Shown here piece by piece: positions 5,838-12,257 of a stretch of DNA of 19,831 nucleotides. This DNA comes from a filamentous cyanobacterium CCP2 (lineage in GTDB: Bacteria > Cyanobacteriota > Cyanobacteriia > Elainellales > Elainellaceae). The notes under the pieces are model-generated. The model worked only from the letters and a program-made list of their open reading frames with translations, made no database searches and had not been told where the DNA came from. The number at the start of each line of letters is the position of its first letter. Positions within the stretch are counted from its first letter, which is position 1. The translations under genes were made by a program, and so were the position numbers. The stretch spans positions 1-19,831 of the forward strand of contig PVWD01000095.1 of NCBI GenBank assembly GCA_003003615.1, in the 5' to 3' direction.

Positions 5838-7310
5838 ATGCCCCTGGACATTCGCCAACTTAACCTGGGTTCCGATTCAGCCGAGCGCGATATCGCCATT
5901 GGACTATCCGAGTATTTCTATCAGAACTCCACCTATCACAAGTTTTTCGACAGCGGCAAAACCATCCTGGTCGGCAATCGGGGCAGCGGCAAAAGTGCCA
6001 TCTTCAAGTACATGGCAGCAGTGGAAGCCCGTAAAGGCAACCTCATCCTCGAATTGTCACCAGAGGAATACTCCTACGAACTATTATCGGAACATTTACG
6101 CAGTGAGAAGGAAGGCTCTTGGGGCAAGCAAAGCTCATACTCGGTCGCCTGGCAATATCTGCTCTATTGCCTCATTTTCAAGAAGATTGTAGAGGAAAAG
6201 CGGGGCTTATTACTGGGGAGTCAAAAGGATATTTTTACCTACGTCCAAAGCCATCTACAGAACCAAAATCTCCATTCCATCAGCATTCTTTTCAACTACT
6301 TGAAGCGGCTAGAGGAAATTAAGCTGGGTAGCCATCAAAGCTTACAGCGATCGCGCGAGCTTCAGAGTCTCTATAGTTTAGAAGAAATCAAGCAACTGCT
6401 GCCGAGCCTCAAAAAAGTATTGGGAAAGCTCAGAGTCAAAGTTTTTATTGATGAACTGGACAAAGGGTGGGATAACTCAGAAGATGCCAAATATTTTCTA
6501 GCTGGACTGTTTCAAGCTGCCCAAAAGCTCAATTTGATCAGCTCTAACTTAAAAATCTATATCTCGATTCGCCAGGAGCTATTTGATAACATTCCTCAAA
6601 TCTACGAAGATGCTCAGAAAATTCGTGAAGACGTAGAGGTGATTCGCTGGGGCAAAGCTGAACTCCTGGAGCTAATTGGACTACGGATTGCCCACTGCTT
6701 CCCGGAACTGCAACAGTCTAATGGTCTGCGCTGCTGGAATTCCATCTTTGTCTCCCAACTGCCCCTCCGCAGCGAAGAATCGATCGGCTCTACATCAGCA
6801 GATTACATCATCGATCGCACCCAACTTCGTCCCCGTGAACTCCTACAGTTTTGCAAACTCTGCATCGAGTACTATAACGGTGGCAAGCGGATTGAGGAAA
6901 ATACTATCTATGCGGCTGAAGAAGTTTATTCAGAACAAAAAATTAAAGATTTAGCCTCAGAATATCGCTTCAAATACCCTCATTTATTAGATCTATTTGA
7001 GGTGTTTCGGGGACATAAAAGCCACTACGAAAAAAATGATCTGGAGTATCTGCTACTGTCTATTGTTTGCGGTGAAGTTGATGTGGATCAGGCAGCATCC
7101 TGGGTGCAGGAACTCGACTACCTGGAACTAAAAAAACTGCTCTGGAATATCGGCTTTCTTAAAGCAAAGGTGCCTCGGCAAATGGGTCAAAACATTGGAG
7201 GCAAAGGTACTTTCTTTGGACACTATGAATTGCCAAGTATCAACCTGGAAAACGTTGAACACTTTTGCATCCACCCCGCTTTCTGCTACTTCCTGAGCCT
7301 CAAATCTTAG
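5838..7310 (+). CDS. P-loop NTPase, NACHT/STAND-like (or other AAA+-like), with a ~200-aa C-terminal helical domain and no fused repeat array
   Basis: 490 aa. Walker A KTILVGNRGSGKSAIFKYM, Walker B RVKVFIDELDKGWD (hhhhDE...D), a TSR-like sensor-1 KIYISIRQE, and a sensor-2-like RPRELLQF. Family assignment is from motifs only. The stop TAG directly abuts the downstream ORF. Confidence 0.8.
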   Translation: MPLDIRQLNLGSDSAERDIAIGLSEYFYQNSTYHKFFDSGKTILVGNRGSGKSAIFKYMAAVEARKGNLILELSPEEYSYELLSEHLRSEKEGSWGKQSSYSVAWQYLLYCLIFKKIVEEKRGLLLGSQKDIFTYVQSHLQNQNLHSISILFNYLKRLEEIKLGSHQSLQRSRELQSLYSLEEIKQLLPSLKKVLGKLRVKVFIDELDKGWDNSEDAKYFLAGLFQAAQKLNLISSNLKIYISIRQELFDNIPQIYEDAQKIREDVEVIRWGKAELLELIGLRIAHCFPELQQSNGLRCWNSIFVSQLPLRSEESIGSTSADYIIDRTQLRPRELLQFCKLCIEYYNGGKRIEENTIYAAEEVYSEQKIKDLASEYRFKYPHLLDLFEVFRGHKSHYEKNDLEYLLLSIVCGEVDVDQAASWVQELDYLELKKLLWNIGFLKAKVPRQMGQNIGGKGTFFGHYELPSINLENVEHFCIHPAFCYFLSLKS

Positions 7311-7376
7311 GTGCTGTTATGCGACAATTTGGTCATACTTTTAAGATTCCATCTAATCGCTATAGAGAGAACCAAT

Positions 7377-8189
7377 ATGCCATGGAACCCGCGAAAATTA
7401 ACGTGTACGCTAGAGTTAGTGGCCCAAAAGATCCCCACTTGGGTCGCCGTGTTGATATCAGTGGTGGGCCTTGCAACGATCGCCCTCTGGGTTCAGGAAG
7501 ATATCGTCATCCGTTCACCGCTTGATCTATTCCAACGCGATACCCTTAAAATTTTCTTTGAGAATGCTGAGTCGTTTGCGATCGTGGCAGCGGTGATTCT
7601 CTACTTCAAAGACGCACCCGATCGCAAAGCCAAGAAACACTACGAAGCGTGGAGTATTATTGACAATGCGGCTGCCGCCAAAGTTGCTACCAGTTACGCG
7701 CGCTTTCAGGCCCTTCAAGACCTCCATAAAGATGGGGTTGCACTTTGTGCTCTGGATGCTCCCCGCGCTAACCTGGCAAAAATTCAGCTCTCCGGTGCCC
7801 ACCTCAATGAGGCGAATTTGCCGGGGGCTGACCTGCGAGAAGCCTATCTGCACCGCTGCGACCTGTCCCAGGCGAATCTACAGGGAGCGAATCTGCAAAA
7901 GGCCAACCTCAAAGGGGCGAACCTGCGTGGAGCGAATCTGCAAGAAGCCAATTTGCGTGATGCCAATCTAAGTGGGGCTGATCTGCGGGAAGCGAATTTA
8001 CGGGGAGCCAACTTACGCAATGCGGAACTCTGGAAATCCCAGTTTTTGGGTGCTGATTTGGAGGATGCAGAACTGAAGTGGGCCGAGCTTCAGGGTGCTG
8101 AACTATACGGGGCAAGGCTGCACCGCACAGTGATGCCCGATGGTAGTTTAGAACAGCAGGAAATTGAGCTTTGGAGCCACTTCCTGTAG
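7377..8189 (+). CDS. Membrane-anchored pentapeptide-repeat protein. Alternative GTG start at 7311 directly abuts the NTPase stop.
   Basis: Two hydrophobic helices (IPTWVAVLISVVGLATIALWV; SFAIVAAVILYF) followed by about 25 A(D/N)LxG-type pentapeptide repeats (ANLQGANLQKANLKGANLRGANLQEANLRDANLSGADLREANLRGANL...). Confidence 0.85.
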   Translation: MPWNPRKLTCTLELVAQKIPTWVAVLISVVGLATIALWVQEDIVIRSPLDLFQRDTLKIFFENAESFAIVAAVILYFKDAPDRKAKKHYEAWSIIDNAAAAKVATSYARFQALQDLHKDGVALCALDAPRANLAKIQLSGAHLNEANLPGADLREAYLHRCDLSQANLQGANLQKANLKGANLRGANLQEANLRDANLSGADLREANLRGANLRNAELWKSQFLGADLEDAELKWAELQGAELYGARLHRTVMPDGSLEQQEIELWSHFL

Positions 8190-8293
8190 GAAAGATGAAA
8201 TTGTGCGACAACTGCGATCGGGGATTTGAAGCGAGAGTACAGATTCTTAAGACCATGAGGGCACAGCTTACCGAAAGTGCCAAACTAAAGTTG

Positions 8294-8505
8294 ATATGGA
8301 CTTACGCTCCATCAAAACCTCCGATCTCGACAAAGCCCTTGCCATCATGAGCAAACGGACTAAAACAAACGATCGCTGACTGGGCGGGCAAGATGCCCAC
8401 CCCACAAGAAGTTAGGCAGACAAGATGTTAATACAAGCCCACCCCTTTGATTTGGAGATTGACCATGCTGATTTTGAACGATGTCCAAGCATTGGATGAA
8501 ATTGT
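8294..8505. repeat. Copy B of the diverged direct repeat module. It carries the short ORFs 8296..8379 and 8465..8530.
   Basis: See copy A. Its central part is shortened and diverged. Confidence 0.75.
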
Positions 8506-8665
8506 CGAGCGACTGCGAAAAGTCTGCTGAATCAAATTGAGAAAGAGAAATGATTTCATTGAAAATGAATCGATCGGCTAACTCTCAACTGATTCGCAGA
8601 TAGTTTAATGCATTAGTCAACTCAGTAAAATTTACAGGTTTCTGTTACGGATTACCAAGAAACGA

Positions 8666-9847
8666 CTAAAGGTTGCGAATGGCTTCAATGATTTGAACAT
8701 TTGCTTTAGGGAATGGGTATTGATCTAACTCATCCACCGTCACCCACTTCACCTCATCACATTCGATCGCCTGTGGTTCTCCATGAACATGACGGCAGTG
8801 ATGAACGTTTAGCGTCACACGAAAATGAGTGTAGGTATGATCGATTGTGATCAGCCGATCGCCCACTTCAATGTCTATGCCAATTTCCTCCTGAATCTCT
8901 CGTCGGATGCAGGCTTCAACTGTTTCATTTGGCTCAATTTTTCCTCCTGGAAATTCCCAGAGTCCTCCCAGCAAACCATCTTGAGGGCGACGATCGATTA
9001 AAATTTGGTTCTGGTCATTCCAAATCACAGCCACTCCAATTTGTTTATGAGGGATGGGGCTGCGGCTTTCAGAAACAGGAAGTTCGCTTTGCATATTCAA
9101 CCGATGAGCACAACAGTAGGGTTGCCAGGGACAGAGTAAGCAGGCTGGGTTCTTGGGGGTGCAGATTGTCGCTCCCAGATCCATCAATGCCTGGTTAAAA
9201 TCGCGGGAGTAAACCGGATCAACCAATGCAGTAGACACCTGCCAAAGCAAGTTTATCGCCTGCTTGGGGGAAACGGTCAACGCGATCAGCCGTGCCAACA
9301 CCCGCTTTACATTACCATCTAAAATGGGCACAGGTTGGCTATAGGCCGCACTTAAAATGCCGCCTGCTGTGGTTCGCCCAATGCCGGGTAACTTCACAAC
9401 CGCCTCAAACTCAACGGGAAACTTTCCTTCATCAGATTGGACGATCGCCTGGGCCGCCCGATGTAAATTCCGGGCACGGGCATAATACCCTAACCCCTGC
9501 CATGCCTTCAAGACGTGCTGTTGGTCTGCGGCGGCGAGGGCGGCGATCGTGGGAAACTGCATCATCCAGCGTTCATAGTATGGAATGACTGTCTTCACCT
9601 GGGTTTGTTGCAGCATAATTTCTGACACCCAGATGGCATAAGGATCTTGGGTTTTGCGCCAGGGTAGATCTCGCCCCGATTCTGCATACCAATCCAAGAG
9701 CGATCGTCGCAGTTCCTCAATGTTTGAGATATCAAAATCCTCCCACTGTCCCAAAGCAGGACTTGTAGGAGGAGCATCAAGATTGGGTTGATTCAAATCA
9801 GCAGTAAACGGGGTAAAACCGTCAGAATTGGGGCGATCGGACTTCAT
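8666..9847 (-). CDS. mutY: A/G-specific adenine DNA glycosylase MutY with a C-terminal NUDIX/MutT-like domain
   Basis: HhH-GPD core (LPGIGRTTAGGILSAAYSQPVPILDGNVKRVLAR), a [4Fe-4S] cysteine cluster (CTPKNPACLLCPWQPYCCA) and a NUDIX-like C-terminus (GLWEFPGGKIEPNETVEACIRREIQEEIGI). Confidence 0.93.
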   Translation of the reverse strand: MKSDRPNSDGFTPFTADLNQPNLDAPPTSPALGQWEDFDISNIEELRRSLLDWYAESGRDLPWRKTQDPYAIWVSEIMLQQTQVKTVIPYYERWMMQFPTIAALAAADQQHVLKAWQGLGYYARARNLHRAAQAIVQSDEGKFPVEFEAVVKLPGIGRTTAGGILSAAYSQPVPILDGNVKRVLARLIALTVSPKQAINLLWQVSTALVDPVYSRDFNQALMDLGATICTPKNPACLLCPWQPYCCAHRLNMQSELPVSESRSPIPHKQIGVAVIWNDQNQILIDRRPQDGLLGGLWEFPGGKIEPNETVEACIRREIQEEIGIDIEVGDRLITIDHTYTHFRVTLNVHHCRHVHGEPQAIECDEVKWVTVDELDQYPFPKANVQIIEAIRNL

Positions 9848-10179
9848 TACTCATTCTCTACATCTGCTGCCTGTAAAGAGCGTTCAAAGGTGAGCCGTTG
9901 TTCAGCATTCCGCAAGAAGTAGCCGCTCATCATGGCTGAAGCCAGTAACCGACCCAAATGCTCTCGGCTCGTCGTCACTGTAATATCAAATTGCTCAGAA
10001 GGCAAGCCACCCAAAAGCCCAATAATATTCCGCTCCATCACTTGTAGCACTTCCCCTGAGTCAGGCTTGGAAAGTTGGGAAACGGTTTCTGGACTCATGG
10101 ACTGAACATACTGCCAAAGATGATTGCCAGAGTGACCACCCTCAAAGTATTCTGCGATGCGATTTGGTGTGTCGTTCAT
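9847..10179 (-). CDS. DUF760-family conserved cyanobacterial/plastid-lineage protein
   Basis: 110 aa. LWQYVQSMSPETVSQLSKPDSGEVLQVMERNIIGLLGGLP...MMSGYFLRNAEQRL matches the DUF760 signature. Its stop overlaps the mutY start (ATGA). Confidence 0.8.
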   Translation of the reverse strand: MNDTPNRIAEYFEGGHSGNHLWQYVQSMSPETVSQLSKPDSGEVLQVMERNIIGLLGGLPSEQFDITVTTSREHLGRLLASAMMSGYFLRNAEQRLTFERSLQAADVENE

Positions 10180-10400
10180 TTCTGTACTCGATCAGTGGTG
10201 AGTGTTTGCTCGTATGAACATACTGTAACAACCCAAAGTCGCAGGACGGAGGGGGTGGAACCGTACCAAAGGATGGGGATTTTCTCACCTGAAATGGATA
10301 AGCTAAAAACAAACTTGCCAGGTATTGAGGTGTGAATTTGCTAGGTTGAATCAGGCAGGACTTATGCAAGCTCTATTTCATGCCTCTAGATTTAGCGTAA

Positions 10401-10417
10401 GGTGGGCAGTGCCCACC
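10401..10417. promoter_or_regulatory. Perfect 17-bp palindrome GGTGGGCA-G-TGCCCACC in the divergent DUF760/SDR intergenic region
   Basis: Read directly. Extends to 10399..10419 with one mismatch. Lies about 65 bp upstream of the SDR start. Confidence 0.4.
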
Positions 10418-10482
10418 CTACAAATGAAGGTTTTGCGTAAGTTCTGTCAGGGTTATATACGATCGCAATTTGGACGGAGAGT

Positions 10483-11184
10483 TTGATGGACGGTAAACAT
10501 ATTTTGTTGACGGGCGGTACAGGTGGGCTGGGGTCTGGTGTGGTGCCGATCGCCCTGTCCCAAGGAGCCGCTTCCTTAACGATTCCCTATGTCAAACCGA
10601 AGGAAGTAGAGCGGTTGCAGAACTCAGTCAGTTCGGCAGATTTGGAGCGAATTCACTTTGTAGAAGCCGATTTAATGGATGAGCGATCGGTTGAACGTTT
10701 GGTAAACAGCATGGAGCGGGTGGATGCGGCCATTCATTTGGTAGGCGGCTTTTCGATGGGCAAAACCCATGAATATGGCTACGACCAATGGCAAAAGGAT
10801 TTTCAGCTAAACCTGGGCACGGCATTTCTCATTTGTAAGCACAGCCTGCGACGGATGCTTGACCGGGGCTATGGGCGGATTGTGACGATCGGTTCTCGTG
10901 GAGCAGTGGAGCCAGGCGGACAACTCGCAGCATACTGTGCGTCTAAGGCGGGCGTTGTGGCCCTGACTCGATCGATCGCGGATGAAACCAAGGGAACTAA
11001 TATTACTGCCAATGTGGTGCTGCCCAGCGTCATTGACACGCCTGCCAACCGTGAGGCCATGGGAGCGGAAAATGCCGATCGGTGGGTAAAGCCTGAATCG
11101 TTAGGGCAAGTTATTTGCTTTCTGGCTTCTGAGGCAGCAAAGGATCTGCGGGGGGCTGTGGTTCCGGTTTATGGCAGTGCGTAG
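10483..11184 (+). CDS. Short-chain dehydrogenase/reductase (SDR) family oxidoreductase
   Basis: TGGTGGLG nucleotide-binding motif, catalytic YCASK, PSVIDTP. 233 aa. Confidence 0.9.
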   Translation: MMDGKHILLTGGTGGLGSGVVPIALSQGAASLTIPYVKPKEVERLQNSVSSADLERIHFVEADLMDERSVERLVNSMERVDAAIHLVGGFSMGKTHEYGYDQWQKDFQLNLGTAFLICKHSLRRMLDRGYGRIVTIGSRGAVEPGGQLAAYCASKAGVVALTRSIADETKGTNITANVVLPSVIDTPANREAMGAENADRWVKPESLGQVICFLASEAAKDLRGAVVPVYGSA

Positions 11185-12169
11185 CTTCTGATAGGGGCCT
11201 GCCTGTTCCCCCTCGCCTCACCATGATTAGCTCAGCCCCAATGCTGATGGCAATTTCTTCCGGCGTTAAAGCCCCAATATCTAGCCCAATGGGAGCATAA
11301 ACCGATCGCAGTGCTTCTACGGGAATGCCTGCTGCTTCGATCGCCTGAAACACTTGCTTTACTCGCCGTTCGCTGCCAATCATGCCAATATACCGGCAGG
11401 GTGGATCGCGCTGGAGGAGGGCAGTGAGGGCAGCCAAATCATGCTGATAGCCTCGCGTGACAAGGGCGGCATACAGTTGAGTTTGTTGAACAAGCTGGGT
11501 AACGGTTGCAGCAATGGGTTCAGTAAAAATCTGGCTGGCTTGAGGATAGCGTTGGGAATTGGCCCATTCCGGGCGATCGTCTTGGACAGCAACCTGAAAC
11601 CCAATCTGAGCCGCAACTGCCGCAAGCTGAATGCCCACATGCCCTGCACCAACAATGAGCAGCATCGGAGGAGGATACAGCGTTTCAATGAAGGCGTGGG
11701 TGGAATGGGGAACGGGAGCATCGGCAATGTAAGGAGGGTTGGCATCGAAGGGTGTCACCAGGGTAACGGGCTGCCCTGACTCAAGCTGTTGAAGGATTCG
11801 CTGAATCAAGCCGATCGCCCCTTTGCTCGCTCCATTCTCATCCGTCCAGCGTTCCAGCCAAACCTGCATCGTACCACCGCAAATCCCTTCTGTGGGGAAG
11901 CTTGTAGAGCGATCGGCTCTGGTTGTTCCAGTGAGGTTAATTTCGACAAACTGTTTTTGTCCCGTTTCCAACACCGCCCTTGCCTGACGAATTACTTTTG
12001 CTTCTCCTGCCCCACCCCCAATGGTGTTGAACGTTTGCCCATCCCCACAAATCACCATTTTTGCCCCCACTTCTCTGGGCACAGAACCCCGAACTGCCGT
12101 CACCGTCGCCAGAACGGCCATACCATGATGCAACACGTCAGCCAGATAGCGATAGCAGTCAAGGGACAT
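11111..12169 (-). CDS. XdhC/CoxI family protein (xanthine dehydrogenase accessory / Mo-cofactor insertion-like)
   Basis: N-terminal XdhC_CoxI-like region (AVLATVTAVRGSVPREVGAKMVI) and a Rossmann XdhC_C region (LLIVGAGHVGIQLAAVAAQIGFQVAVQDDRPE). The 3' end overlaps the convergent SDR gene by about 74 bp, so the C-terminal low-complexity tail may be over-called. Confidence 0.85.
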   Translation of the reverse strand: MSLDCYRYLADVLHHGMAVLATVTAVRGSVPREVGAKMVICGDGQTFNTIGGGAGEAKVIRQARAVLETGQKQFVEINLTGTTRADRSTSFPTEGICGGTMQVWLERWTDENGASKGAIGLIQRILQQLESGQPVTLVTPFDANPPYIADAPVPHSTHAFIETLYPPPMLLIVGAGHVGIQLAAVAAQIGFQVAVQDDRPEWANSQRYPQASQIFTEPIAATVTQLVQQTQLYAALVTRGYQHDLAALTALLQRDPPCRYIGMIGSERRVKQVFQAIEAAGIPVEALRSVYAPIGLDIGALTPEEIAISIGAELIMVRRGGTGRPLSEATHCHKPEPQPPADPLLPQKPESK

Positions 12170-12257
12170 AGATGCGAGGAAGGGAGTGATTCATCGGATG
12201 AGAATTGCTGTTAGCCCACTCGTTTGCTGGCGATCGAAACAGAAAAGAAACGATATT

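Noticed and set aside
7740-8110. Highly repetitive DNA (GCGAATCTGCA… units of 15-30 bp)
   Set aside because: It is the expected nucleotide-level echo of the pentapeptide repeats in the CDS, not an independent repeat element or a CRISPR array.
7311-8275. Apparent similarity between the leader of the pentapeptide gene (7311-7380) and the sequence just after its stop (8195-8265; TGCGACAA, TTAAGA, ACCATG blocks), hinting at a tandem array of units
   Set aside because: Only short discontinuous blocks match and their order is inconsistent. It cannot be distinguished from chance by eye, so I have not called it a repeat.
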